Assembly: GCA_029838195.1 (NCBI GenBank)
Contig: JALGVJ010000052.1
Span: 1 to 44,078 of the forward strand
DNA length: 44,078 nucleotides
Direction of reading: 5' to 3'
From: Promethearchaeota archaeon
GTDB taxonomy: Archaea > Asgardarchaeota > Lokiarchaeia > Sigyniarchaeales > SOKP01
Shown here: positions 1 to 10,360 of the stretch, in pieces
Layout: every line of letters starts with the position of its first letter
How positions within the stretch are numbered: position 1 is the first letter of the stretch
Notes under the pieces: model-generated
Database searches by the model: none
Told to the model about the DNA's origin: nothing
What the model saw: only the letters and a program-made list of their open reading frames with translations
Program-made: the position numbers and the translations under genes

Positions 1-726
1 GGTTCTGCTTCTATTGATGGTATTAATATTCTAAAATACCCCCAAAAAGTAAAAAATAAAATTGGGTTAATTTTAGGAAGTGATATGATTTATTACAGGA
101 TGACGGGATATGCCAATTTAAAATTTTTTTGTAAAATTTATGAAATTAAAGATTATAAGAAAAAAATCTTGGAAGCAGCGAGAGAATTTGAATTAGAGAA
201 TTGGTTAAATGAATATGTAGAAAAATACTCGACGGGAATGAAGATTAAATTATCTTTATGTAGAATCTTTCTAACGAATCCTAAGATATTATTTTTAGAT
301 GAGCCTACTTTAGGATTAGATGTAAAAACTACGAATTACATTATTGAAAAATTAAAACGATTAAATCAGACTATTTTTATAACGAGCCATAATATGAATG
401 TTATCGAAAAATTATGTGATAGAGTTGCGTTTATTGAAAAAGGTTGTATTAAAAAAGTTGGAAACAAAAAAGATTTGCAAAATTTGATTCAAAATGAAAT
501 TAAAATCTATATTGAACCCTTTAAAAATCATAAAGAGCTCAAGTTAGAATTATCAAAGCAAGAATATATTACTAAAATAGAAGAGAATAAGAAAGGACTG
601 TTTATATACCTTAAAGAAAAAGAGAATTATAAGGATTTATTTTCTGTTTTACAACATCATTCAATTTCAAAATTCCAAGAAATTGATATGAACATCGAAG
701 AGTTATTTTTAAAAATTATTGATTAA
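1..726 (+). CDS. ABC transporter ATP-binding protein (CcmA/drug-exporter type), 5'-truncated by the window edge
   Basis: Frame is open from base 1 (GSASIDGINILKYPQKVKNKIGL...). Signature-like YSTGMK, Walker B/D-loop ILFLDEPTLGLD and H-loop TSHNM are present; Walker A lies outside the window. Confidence 0.9.
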   Translation, partial: GSASIDGINILKYPQKVKNKIGLILGSDMIYYRMTGYANLKFFCKIYEIKDYKKKILEAAREFELENWLNEYVEKYSTGMKIKLSLCRIFLTNPKILFLDEPTLGLDVKTTNYIIEKLKRLNQTIFITSHNMNVIEKLCDRVAFIEKGCIKKVGNKKDLQNLIQNEIKIYIEPFKNHKELKLELSKQEYITKIEENKKGLFIYLKEKENYKDLFSVLQHHSISKFQEIDMNIEELFLKIID

Positions 727-938
727 TGAACTGTATTTTATAAATTAAAGAAAGAGCATGTAAAAAAAAAACATCTAAAATTCAGTTTGGCCGTGTATTT
801 TTTTATTGTGAAATACATAAAAATTTATTTCATTTAATATAATAACCCCTAAATTTTCTTGAAAAAGCAACTTAGATCTATTTTAAAGAAAATAAGACCC
901 TTATAATATTAATATCATTTTTTTCATTTACATTCATC

Positions 939-2198
939 ATGAATATCGTTGTTATCACAGATGATTTTCCACCCAAAAAGGGAGGGATTGCTCATACTCT
1001 TTGGAATCTTTATATTTTTTTTGAATCAAAAAATATTGATTTATATATTTTAAATCCTTTTCAAGAAAATAAAAATATTTTTAGAAGAATTAACAATACT
1101 CAATTCAAGACCAAGGATTTAGCTTCTTTTTTATTAAAAAGAAGATTTTATTATTTATTTTTATCATTTTGTTTGCATGTTTCGAGAGATAGAAGAACTT
1201 CCTTTACTGATAAGCTCCACGTAATCTTATATTTTATTTTAAAACCAAAAATTCTCATGAGTCTCATTGTTAATATGAATAAATCCTGTTTTATATTAAG
1301 GAAACTTGAATATGATGCTTTTTTAAGTGCTCATGGGGGATGGTTATTGCCATTCACTTATATTTTATCAAGAATTTTTAACAAAAAATTAATTACCATG
1401 GCACATGGCAATGATTTTTTAGTTCAGAATCCATTATCCTTAAAATCCTATTTCTACAAAAACGCAGATAAAATAATTATTAACAGCCATATCATGAAGA
1501 ATTTACTTAAAAAAATTCATCACTTGGATCCTCATAAAATAGAAGTTATCAATCGAGGAATTGATCTTAATAACTTAGAAATAGAAAAAACTAAAGAACA
1601 ATTACGAAAAGAATTCAATATTCCGGAAAATCAATATGTACTTTTAAGCGTGGGAAGGCATATCACTCGTAAGGATTTTGCCTTAGTAATTAAAGCAATA
1701 AAACAAATCAATGAAAAATTTCCTGATTTAAACATCAAATATTACTTGATTGGAGAAGGAGAAGAGACAAATAACTTAAAGAATTTGGCAAGGACATTGA
1801 AAATTGAGGAAAAAATTTCATTCTTAGGTGCGTCTGATGAGTTTAAAAGAAATAAATTTTATAAATTAGCGGATGTATTTGTCATGCCCGTAAAACCTAT
1901 AAAGTATGATTTAGAGGGATTTGGAATTGTATTTTTAGAAGCAAATTATTACAAGCTTCCCGTTATCGGAACCAAAACAGGAGGGGTTCCAGAAGCAATC
2001 GAGGATAAAAAAACAGGATTATTGGTTAAGCCGAATGATTTAAATGATTTAATAGAGAAAATATTGTTTTTATATAATAATCCTGAGATTCGACGAGAAA
2101 TGGGAGAAATTGGCCATGAGCGAGTCATTGAGCAATTTACTTGGCAAAAAATTGGAAATGATTATTTAAAAGTTCTTGAAGAAATTCTAAAGAATTAA
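939..2198 (+). CDS. Glycosyltransferase family 4 (GT-B)
   Basis: N-terminal DFPPKKGGIA, SVGR, EGFGIVFLEA (Ex7E) and PVIGTKTGGVPE motifs. Confidence 0.93.
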   Translation: MNIVVITDDFPPKKGGIAHTLWNLYIFFESKNIDLYILNPFQENKNIFRRINNTQFKTKDLASFLLKRRFYYLFLSFCLHVSRDRRTSFTDKLHVILYFILKPKILMSLIVNMNKSCFILRKLEYDAFLSAHGGWLLPFTYILSRIFNKKLITMAHGNDFLVQNPLSLKSYFYKNADKIIINSHIMKNLLKKIHHLDPHKIEVINRGIDLNNLEIEKTKEQLRKEFNIPENQYVLLSVGRHITRKDFALVIKAIKQINEKFPDLNIKYYLIGEGEETNNLKNLARTLKIEEKISFLGASDEFKRNKFYKLADVFVMPVKPIKYDLEGFGIVFLEANYYKLPVIGTKTGGVPEAIEDKKTGLLVKPNDLNDLIEKILFLYNNPEIRREMGEIGHERVIEQFTWQKIGNDYLKVLEEILKN

Positions 2199-2373
2199 TT
2201 TTTAATTTTTTGTAATAGAAGGTGTTTTATAAACGCAGAGAGAATTTCTAAAAATAGAGAAAGCTACTTATTCAATATGGAAAAAGATGATCTTCATGAA
2301 GGTGATCCAGAACATTAAGAAATAAACCCAACATTTTAGCACCTTACGTTTATAAAGTACTATTATTTGTTTT

Positions 2374-2883
2374 TCATTTTTTTACCCGTTTAAGCCTCTC
2401 TTCTACAAGATTATAAACATCAGCCGATAAATACATGAGGGAATTTAATTTTTTTAGATATTGAAGAGACCTTTCAAGGTTAATATATCCTTCCTTATAT
2501 AAATCAATGAGAATTCCTAAAGTACCTTTCACTTTAAGATTCATTGTTCTTGCAAAAATTCGTGCTTCTTCATCATCCAATAAAATGATTTCAATTTTAG
2601 AATCAAGAGCAAGTCTAATAGCATCGAATTCTCCTTGGTGTAACTTAGAATAAAAATATTTATCTGAGTTCTTTTTAACTCGTTTAACTTCAATTTTCTT
2701 GTCCTTTATAGCTTTTTCAATAAGTAATGCATCGGGAAATTCCTGTTCTTTCCCCCTAATCACCGTTTCTTCATATACGGATTCGGGAATTAATATTACG
2801 TTATAGAGATAAAATAAAAAATCTAGTAGTCCTGTACTTGCAAGGTGGATTAAAGGACCTGAATTACTTATTGCAGCTTTCAT
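2374..2883 (-). CDS. PIN-domain protein (DUF3368/VapC-like toxin)
   Basis: SNSGPLIHL, IPESVYEE, LHQGEFDAI, LLDDEEAR and GTLGIL match the DUF3368 PIN pattern. The gene overlaps its upstream partner by 20 nt. Confidence 0.85.
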   Translation of the reverse strand: MKAAISNSGPLIHLASTGLLDFLFYLYNVILIPESVYEETVIRGKEQEFPDALLIEKAIKDKKIEVKRVKKNSDKYFYSKLHQGEFDAIRLALDSKIEIILLDDEEARIFARTMNLKVKGTLGILIDLYKEGYINLERSLQYLKKLNSLMYLSADVYNLVEERLKRVKK

Positions 2884-3166
2884 TTAATTCACGTGTCAAT
2901 TCTTCACTTGAAAGGGGAAAAGGAATGTTTTCTTCGCGCAAGATCCGTAAAAAAGAGCGATAAGATTCCTCACAATATTGAGCTGCTTTCCAAATAGTCC
3001 ATTTTCTTAATCTTATATTTTCTAACGCTTCTATTCTTTTTAATTGTTTAATACCTAATTCAATAGCCTTGCGTGCAGCAGTAGACTTGTCTGTTTTCAT
3101 CCTCTTTGCGATAGAATCTAGTTCTTTATCTTCCTCCTCATCAATTCGGACGGAAAGTATTTTCAT
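2864..3166 (-). CDS. Antitoxin, ribbon-helix-helix plus UPF0175-like domain
   Basis: N-terminal beta-strand ILSVRI then helices (KSTAARKAI); C-terminal TIWKAAQYC..SYRSFLRIL...IPF is typical of UPF0175. Coupled to the PIN gene. Confidence 0.8.
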   Translation of the reverse strand: MKILSVRIDEEEDKELDSIAKRMKTDKSTAARKAIELGIKQLKRIEALENIRLRKWTIWKAAQYCEESYRSFLRILREENIPFPLSSEELTRELNESCNK

Positions 3167-3174
3167 GATTCATG

Positions 3175-3236
3175 TAGACAATATCTTATATTGTATATAA
3201 ACTTATTTTAAAATTTAAATACAAGCATTTAAATTT
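3175..3236 (-). promoter_or_regulatory. Putative TA promoter with operator palindromes
   Basis: ACAATAT-ctt-ATATTGT (3178-3194) abuts a minus-strand TTTATATA box (3194-3201) about 28 nt upstream of the antitoxin ATG. A second inverted repeat AAATTTAAAT-n6-ATTTAAATTT lies at 3211-3236. Confidence 0.5.
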
Positions 3237-4029
3237 ATTTTTTGTTCTCATAACATGCTGATTGAATTTAAAAAAATTAGCATTAATATGGGTCGAAATC
3301 ATTATATTTGAATAAAAGTTAGTACTTAACTTAACGGAGGGGCTCTAATTTCTAAAGAATTAAGAGATTTATACCTTTCCCCTTTTGAATCCCTATTTTT
3401 ATACGGATAAAGAAAAAGTATTTATACATGAGAAATCATAAAACCGTTTTATTGAAAGAGTTATGATTTTCTATCGTCCATCTCATGAAAGAAAAATCTT
3501 TTTATTTAAAGGCATTGCTTTCAATCATACTTGTTCTTAAAAAGCCACCAGAAAGTCCGAACATTGTTTTTTCCTGCCAGAAAATTTATAGATTTTGTTT
3601 ATAAATATATCATTAAGATACAGCTAAATTTAAGGACTTTAGAAATTTGAACGATTACTAAATTTGCTATAACTATGAAAAACAAGCCCTTAATCAAAGG
3701 GACGCTTATATCATCTCATTTTTCGAAATTGAACAAATTCATAAAGAATTTTTCATCAATAAAACCCGATGAGAAACCTATTTAAAGTAAATAGGAAGGA
3801 GGGTGTTTATGAAAGAAATTATTACCAAAAGACTAAAAGGATTTTATTTTCATATAATTTTAAAGTTTGACGAGAGAAGGGAAAATTTGACCATAAGTAA
3901 GTAATTAGAGAACTTATTTGAAAGATATTAGATACAATTTATATAAAAATTTTTGAAGATGTTTTAAAAAAATAAGTACTTATTATAATTAACATCATTT
4001 AAAATTAAATGGAATTATAGAAAATAAAT

Positions 4030-5211
4030 GTGAATTTTATAGAAACATTTTTGAATAGTATTTTTTCGCTTAATTTTATATTTTTACTCTTGTTAATTAC
4101 TATAATATATCATCTTTTGTTATTTATTTGCAGGGATTTTAAAAACGGGAAAAATTTAAAAAAGCAGAGAGAAACCCAAAAAATAGAAATAAAAGAATTA
4201 AAAAAATATCCATTAATAAATATTATAATACCTGCTTGGAATAAGGAGAAAACCCTTCTTTCATGTATACAATCGATCAAAACGTTAAAATATCCTCATA
4301 TTCGAGTGATTATTAGCGCGGGAGGTTCTGATAAGACTATACAAATAGCAAATTCATTTAAAAGCGAAAAAAATTTTGTAATTTTGTATCAAAGATCTGG
4401 AGGAGGAAAGATTAAAGCGATAAATGAATGTCTTGAGCATGTTTCTGAGGGTTTAATCTCTATAATTGATGCGGATATTATTTTAACTGATAAAATATTG
4501 AACCTAATGATTCAAGCTATTAATATGCAAGATCAAAATATAGTAACTACAAATGTAAGACCTTATGATTCAATAAGACACATTGATCTGGTAAAATATA
4601 TACATATCAATCGAACCGTGTCCTTGAAACCTAATTTTAAAAGAAATACTATTTTGATAGGACAAACTTCAATCTTAACGCAAGAAGTAATTAAGTCAAT
4701 TAAAAGATTTCCTGAAGGTGTTTTTGCTGATGATGGATTATTAATGGGAGCTTGCTTAATTTCTAAGGGATATAAAATATTTAAACTTCACGAGATTTCT
4801 GTCGAAATGGAGTATCCTATTAAATTAAGGGATTATATCCGCCAAAATTTAAGATGGATTGAAAACACTTTATTTATGAAAAATTCTCATTATCTTTCCA
4901 AACGAATAAAATTTTTTTGTTTATTTTTAGTTTCACTCTACATTTTTATATCTTTTATTCTATTGCCGATAAATATTTATCTATTTTTAATAGGAGTAAT
5001 TTTTTTTTTCAGTTTCTATTTAAAAAGATTTCGAAAAATTGTATTTTATAAATTATTTTTAGAGGAACATTCAATCAAATTTAGATATACTTTTTTCATC
5101 AAGATGATTGGTTTCATTTTAATCGATTTAATAATGAATTTAATTGTTGCTTTTGAGATAATGTTTTATAAAAAAGCTTATAAAAAGAGAAAAAATCTAA
5201 TTAAAAATTAA
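4030..5211 (+). CDS. Membrane-bound glycosyltransferase family 2
   Basis: IIIPAWN, GKIKAIN, IDAD (DxD), ADD and QNLRW (QxxRW) motifs, with N- and C-terminal hydrophobic segments. GTG start. Confidence 0.9.
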   Translation: MNFIETFLNSIFSLNFIFLLLLITIIYHLLLFICRDFKNGKNLKKQRETQKIEIKELKKYPLINIIIPAWNKEKTLLSCIQSIKTLKYPHIRVIISAGGSDKTIQIANSFKSEKNFVILYQRSGGGKIKAINECLEHVSEGLISIIDADIILTDKILNLMIQAINMQDQNIVTTNVRPYDSIRHIDLVKYIHINRTVSLKPNFKRNTILIGQTSILTQEVIKSIKRFPEGVFADDGLLMGACLISKGYKIFKLHEISVEMEYPIKLRDYIRQNLRWIENTLFMKNSHYLSKRIKFFCLFLVSLYIFISFILLPINIYLFLIGVIFFFSFYLKRFRKIVFYKLFLEEHSIKFRYTFFIKMIGFILIDLIMNLIVAFEIMFYKKAYKKRKNLIKN

Positions 5212-5506
5212 CAAATATTAATAGAATTTCATAAATCAAATATAATTATAATTTCTTGCAGACAAAAAAGGATATATGAGGATATTATTCCCATTAAGAA
5301 TTTAATAGGAATTTAATAGAAACTCTCTCAAATTTCCTCATCACGCCAAAAAAAAGTTTTAACTTTAAGGAAAATTTTAATTTTACAACACTTAAGATAT
5401 AATTTGATTTTTAATGTATGATGTTTATTTCCAAAAAAATATAAAAAAAATGTCTAAAAAAAAAATAACATTAGAATAATAATATAGATTTATTAAACCT
5501 CTTATT

Positions 5507-6628
5507 TTATAAATCATATCGAGCAGGATTATATTTAGAGAAAATAGCAATTTTCTTATGAAATTTGGGATAACTATATCTATTACAATCCTTACAAACT
5601 TCTGGTATATATCCTTGACTCCAATCTTTTAGAATTTTTTGTCCTTTCTTATTAGTTATAATATCATAAAGTGTGTTATTTAAAATGTTTCCTATTACTA
5701 ATTCATCATATTCTGTTTTTTTAATTCTGCAACCACACAATCGTACATTGCCGTTTGGTAATATGCTTATCTCCCAAAGACTAGAGCAAGGATATTTCCT
5801 TAAGAGAGGTCCTGTTTTTAATTTCATAATTCCAATTAGATCTTCTTTTTTAATATTTCCACACCAATTGTCATATTCAGTATTATATTTTATATGAAAT
5901 GCTTGTTTTTCGTAATAATATTTAAATTTTGAGCTCTTTAGGGAGTTCCATATATTCCTAAAGGATCTTTTTGCCCTGAGAACTAATGTAATATTTATTT
6001 TTGAATTCTTTTTTAATTTGTAGTCTAACAATGAGAGAATTCCAATAATTTTTTGGTAAGCTGATTCTTTAGAAATACCAAAAATTTCTCTTTCGTGATT
6101 TATTAAAATATCGCCAATGCTTATAAATAAATCATCTATTCCAGAATCAATAATTTTCTTAAAATTATTTTGTTTATTTAAAAGAATTCCATTAGTAAAA
6201 ACATAGACAGAAAATCCTTTCTCTTTCGCATATTGAACTTTTTCAAAAAAGGTATTATCTAATAAAACTTCACCAATGGTAGGAGATAACATTATTTTTT
6301 TCCCTCCTAATTCTTTGTATTCATTAATAATTTTTACGAATATTTTTAAGGGCATTTTCTCTTTTTTATATTTTAGAAATTTATAGGCGCAAAAAACACA
6401 TCGAGCATTACAAGCATTTATTGGAACAATTGTTAATAATTTAGGGGGCTTAGGAATTTTTAAATGAAGGTTAATTTTTTTCCGAAAAAAATAATAATTT
6501 ATTAAAGTATTAAGATCTGCTTTAAATGATGAAATATATTTATAATAAATACTTATCAAAAAACTAAAATAACATAAAATAAATGGAAAAACCCTATATT
6601 CCAAAAATTTTTTCTTAAAAAACATCAA
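5507..6628 (-). CDS. Radical SAM protein with SPASM/twitch domain
   Basis: CNARCVFC (CxxxCxxC), GE and TNG motifs; C-terminal PC...VRLCGC...IGNI...CKDC. Confidence 0.9.
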   Translation of the reverse strand: MMFFKKKFLEYRVFPFILCYFSFLISIYYKYISSFKADLNTLINYYFFRKKINLHLKIPKPPKLLTIVPINACNARCVFCAYKFLKYKKEKMPLKIFVKIINEYKELGGKKIMLSPTIGEVLLDNTFFEKVQYAKEKGFSVYVFTNGILLNKQNNFKKIIDSGIDDLFISIGDILINHEREIFGISKESAYQKIIGILSLLDYKLKKNSKINITLVLRAKRSFRNIWNSLKSSKFKYYYEKQAFHIKYNTEYDNWCGNIKKEDLIGIMKLKTGPLLRKYPCSSLWEISILPNGNVRLCGCRIKKTEYDELVIGNILNNTLYDIITNKKGQKILKDWSQGYIPEVCKDCNRYSYPKFHKKIAIFSKYNPARYDL

Positions 6629-6754
6629 GGCTAAAAACTTAATTCTTTAAAAAATTAGTATTAAATTTAATAATCATTAATTGAGGGTATTTTAAAGTTT
6701 ATAATTTTGCTTGCTTTTTAAATCTTTTAACTTTAGGAGCGACAAAAATCGAGA

Positions 6755-7198
6755 TTATGGCAATCGCAAGTTTGTCGGCTCTCGCTTGTAGTCCGGTAAA
6801 AGAATCTGAAATCCATCCTTGACGGCAACCTCGGGAAAAACCGAATAAAAATCCATACCCTTCATCGTGGTAAAAATGCTCGTTTTGCCGATCAAGTCAG
6901 GCTTGCCCACTTTATAGGCCGTGAGGATCTTGAGAAGGTCCAAAATTAAAATTAAATAGCGGTGCTTGGATACCATTTCGAGACCGCGCACGTTTGCCCG
7001 TCTCGCATGGTATGCCACTATATCGTGTGAAAATTGCCGCTCGATTTCTGTCCTAATGTTCATCAGCTTGATTAAATCCTCCTTAGTCCATTCGGAAGGA
7101 ATGAAATCCATGTTAAGACAAAAATTTTCCTTATTCGGACGGCATTTTGTTTTTTCACGGATTTTCGTGAATTGATCAAGGGAGCGATGGCCATTTCA
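6755..7198 (-). mobile_element. Degenerate DDE transposase C-terminal fragment (IS4/IS5/IS1182-like), probably frameshifted
   Basis: Visibly higher GC than the flanks. LMNIRTEIERQFS resembles the (Y)xxRxxIExxF C1 motif. Upstream coding-like sequence (MAIAPLINSRKSVKK...) is in a different frame and the N-terminal part is absent. Confidence 0.6.
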
Positions 7199-7212
7199 AA
7201 CAACCACACTAA

Positions 7213-7716
7213 AATATCATTATTGGTTTTATTAAGTTTTATTATTGTTATAAAATAATTCTTTTTCCTGAAAATAAAAAATATTCTATATTATACATAA
7301 TTTCAGCTGTATTTCTTTTATATACGGATTATTTAGGTATTTTAGTTATCTTCATTCATACAATTTATACTTTTTTAAATCTCATCAAATTTAGGTTATT
7401 AAAAAATTCTAAAAATAATAAAAATTTGATGCTCATGAACTATGTGATTATCATTTTATTTTATTTACCTTGGATTCATAATCTTATTTTTACCTATCAA
7501 AAAGGAGGCGCAAGATGGATGGGATCGCCATCAGTTTTTGACGGTTATATTGTTATTTTAAAGTTTTTTGGTATTCTTAATTCAGAAATATTAGAGCTTC
7601 TAAATATACGATACATTGGAATTTTCAATTTTTTAAATGTACAAATCATGTTTTCATTAATTTTTCTTGGATTTATTTTTATTTTGATAATAATAATTAT
7701 TAATAAGATTGAATAA
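7213..7716 (+). pseudogene. Internal fragment of a polytopic GT-C (PMT/GT39-83-like) glycosyltransferase
   Basis: Frame is open from 7213 without a start codon: ...FYYCYKII...SILYIISAVFLLYTDYLGILVI...ILFYLPWI..., a pattern seen in PMT_2-type proteins. It begins right at the IS remnant boundary. Confidence 0.55.
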
Positions 7717-7833
7717 AAGATTTATCCGCATATTTTATTATCAAATTTCCAAAATAAATTTATTTTGCTTTATTGAATGAATCAATTTATCATTTTAAAG
7801 TAAAGTTTTAGGAAATTTTTAATTATAAATAAT

Positions 7834-9123
7834 TTAAACCTTAATAATATCTAAAGGTTTTCCCTTTAAATATGCAGGAATTGGTTCTGCAAATAATTTT
7901 AAAAGAGTTGGAGCAAGGTCTTCATAATTAATGAGGGGCAAGCATCCTTTTTTAATATTTTTACCCCAAGCTAAAAAAATACCTTTCTGAGAGTGGTTTA
8001 TTGTGTTTCTTCCCCTAATTACAAAATATGACGGTTTATGATTAAACAGATACTTTTCATTTAAAATGACAATTATATCAGGAAAGCCTTCTTCATTTTT
8101 TAATTCTAATGCTTTTATCCGCTTTTCTTTCCTCATTTTTTCGATAATTAGGTTTGTTTTGTTTTTATCAGATTCATTTAAGAAGATACCTCCGGTATTA
8201 CCTAAAAAGCTCATGACTCCGCTTCCCTTTATCTTATTTTCAAGTGAACTTGAATCGTCAATCATATTTTTGATAATATTTTTAATTTTAAAAAAGGTTT
8301 CATAATTTATTTTTATCTTATTCCGAAATAATCCATAATACAGTTTTCCAATTATATTATAAATCTTATATATTTGAGATTTATTGATGTATAATAGACC
8401 TTTTTTTTCCAACCATCTACGCATGCTAAATTCTTGATCGTAAAATTTTAGCCCATGATCACTTAAAATAAAAAGGTTAGTGATTTTTTTTGAGAGAATT
8501 TTACCTATAAAGTTATCAATTCTTTTATATCCTAAATCAAGATAATTTTCTAAAATATTTCGTGGTACATGAGAATGATGGGATAAGGAATCTGGTAAAC
8601 GAATTACATATGTCATTAGGTTAAAATTTTCATTGAATTTTTTTAAAAATAATGTGGATTTCATTTCAAAAGCTTTAAAACTGTTTTGAATTGTTTTTCC
8701 ATCAATAATCCAGTCTTTATTTAGAAAAAACTTTAATTCAGGGGGATAACAATTGATCGTGGGCGACAGCATCCCTGAGATCATTTCACCATTTATTTTC
8801 CAAGCGGGAAAAGTACCCGGTACATTTAATATGAACTGTTTTACTTTTAATATGGTAAAAATAGATTTATCCCTCCAAACAGAAGAATTAAATAATCCCT
8901 TAGTAGGATGTGTAAAAAAATAATACCCTAATTGTTCTGGCGTTAATCCTGAAAAAAGACATGGCCACGATGGAATGGTCACGGGGGGAATTGTCACTTG
9001 TAATGGGGCAAAAAACCCTTGTCTTAATATTTTTTCGAAATTTGGTAAATACCCTTTTTCGATTAAAGGCTGTATGAATTCAAAACAACCTCCATCAATA
9101 CCTAAAATTATATTCTTCTCCAT
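7834..9123 (-). CDS. Alkaline phosphatase superfamily protein (nucleotide pyrophosphatase/phosphodiesterase-like)
   Basis: GIDG, PPVTIPSW (Thr nucleophile region), PDSLSH, SDHG, NH and DLAPT motifs. Confidence 0.88.
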   Translation of the reverse strand: MEKNIILGIDGGCFEFIQPLIEKGYLPNFEKILRQGFFAPLQVTIPPVTIPSWPCLFSGLTPEQLGYYFFTHPTKGLFNSSVWRDKSIFTILKVKQFILNVPGTFPAWKINGEMISGMLSPTINCYPPELKFFLNKDWIIDGKTIQNSFKAFEMKSTLFLKKFNENFNLMTYVIRLPDSLSHHSHVPRNILENYLDLGYKRIDNFIGKILSKKITNLFILSDHGLKFYDQEFSMRRWLEKKGLLYINKSQIYKIYNIIGKLYYGLFRNKIKINYETFFKIKNIIKNMIDDSSSLENKIKGSGVMSFLGNTGGIFLNESDKNKTNLIIEKMRKEKRIKALELKNEEGFPDIIVILNEKYLFNHKPSYFVIRGRNTINHSQKGIFLAWGKNIKKGCLPLINYEDLAPTLLKLFAEPIPAYLKGKPLDIIKV

Positions 9124-9154
9124 GAATAAAATTTCTCTTTCTGTGCGTTTTATT

Positions 9155-10360
9155 TTATTTAGAGGTGCTTTTTTTTATTGGTAAAAATTTCCTTTCAAAA
9201 AAATCACGAAATTGATTAATTTCATTTGTTAGGGAATAATTTGATAAAGCATGAACACGAGCATTTTCTTGTAATCGTTTAAATGTTTGAAAATCTTTTT
9301 TCCATAATTCATGTACTTCAGAGATTTTCTTTTTTATGGCCTCTGGGGTTAATTCTTTTAAGAAAAAGGCAAATTCTTTTCCTTTTAAAATTTCTATAGA
9401 ACCAATTGTTTTGGTGCATATTATTATCATTTTTGATGCGAGTGCTTCAACTAATACCCTTCCAAAAGGTTCCTTTCGAGAAGAAAATAATAAAACATCA
9501 TTTTTTTTATAAATAAAGGATAATTTTTTGGTATCGATAAAACCATGGATTTTGATGTGAGAAGGAAATTTATTTTTTAGGTTTATTAGCTCGGATTCTA
9601 ACGGACCTTTTCCACAGAATTCAAAAAAGATATCGGTATATTCATGTTCTGATAAGAACTGCTCGATACCATTTAATAATACTTTAAATCCTTTATGTAC
9701 ATCATCAAAAGTTCCTACATAAAGAAAATTTAGAATATTATCTCTTTTTGTTTCTTCTTTTTCCTTAGAAAGAAAATTTGAAAGATCTAATCCTTCCCTT
9801 ATCAGTATTATTTTGTTGGAATTATAAAAATTTTCTAAAAATTTTTTAGCGTGAAGAGAAAGGGCATGATGATAAATGTTATGATTAAATAATTTAAAGA
9901 AAAGAATCGTCATTCGATATTTTAGGTTATATAAGGAAACTCTTTTATCAGAATGAAGGGGTTTATGGTACCCTATAATGAACGTTTTATTAGGTAGCAA
10001 AAGGCTAAAAATCATAAATAGAAATTCCGTTTTAAACGTGCTAATGAGAATATAGATGATATCACGTTTCTTAACCTCTTTATATAATTTAATAAGCTCT
10101 TTAGGAAAAATGATATCAAAAGAAGCATTAAAAATTCGAAATGTAGCAAAATTAACTCTTTTTAAATTATTAATTTCAAGAATGCTTCTTTTTTTCATCA
10201 ATCTAATATTTTTCTCTAGAACTCTATTCGTGTCAATTAAGGAAACATCATAAAATTTTTGTAATCCTTTAGTTAATTCGAGAGAAAAAAATTCTCCCCC
10301 TCTTTTATTCTCTAAAGCAAAGGGAGTAAATATTAAGACTTTATTCATGAGATGGAGCAC
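9155..10360 (-). CDS. Glycosyltransferase family 4
   Basis: GGE near the N-terminus, YVG...HKG and EPFGRVLVEA. Confidence 0.9.
   Translation of the reverse strand: MLHLMNKVLIFTPFALENKRGGEFFSLELTKGLQKFYDVSLIDTNRVLEKNIRLMKKRSILEINNLKRVNFATFRIFNASFDIIFPKELIKLYKEVKKRDIIYILISTFKTEFLFMIFSLLLPNKTFIIGYHKPLHSDKRVSLYNLKYRMTILFFKLFNHNIYHHALSLHAKKFLENFYNSNKIILIREGLDLSNFLSKEKEETKRDNILNFLYVGTFDDVHKGFKVLLNGIEQFLSEHEYTDIFFEFCGKGPLESELINLKNKFPSHIKIHGFIDTKKLSFIYKKNDVLLFSSRKEPFGRVLVEALASKMIIICTKTIGSIEILKGKEFAFFLKELTPEAIKKKISEVHELWKKDFQTFKRLQENARVHALSNYSLTNEINQFRDFFERKFLPIKKSTSK

Noticed and set aside
3300-4000. Possible decayed gene in the long gap after the TA pair
   Set aside because: Only short stop-interrupted frames; no family could be recognised.
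7834-9123. PglZ/BREX or other defence role for the AlkP-family gene
   Set aside because: No BREX partner genes nearby, and the context is glycosyltransferases.
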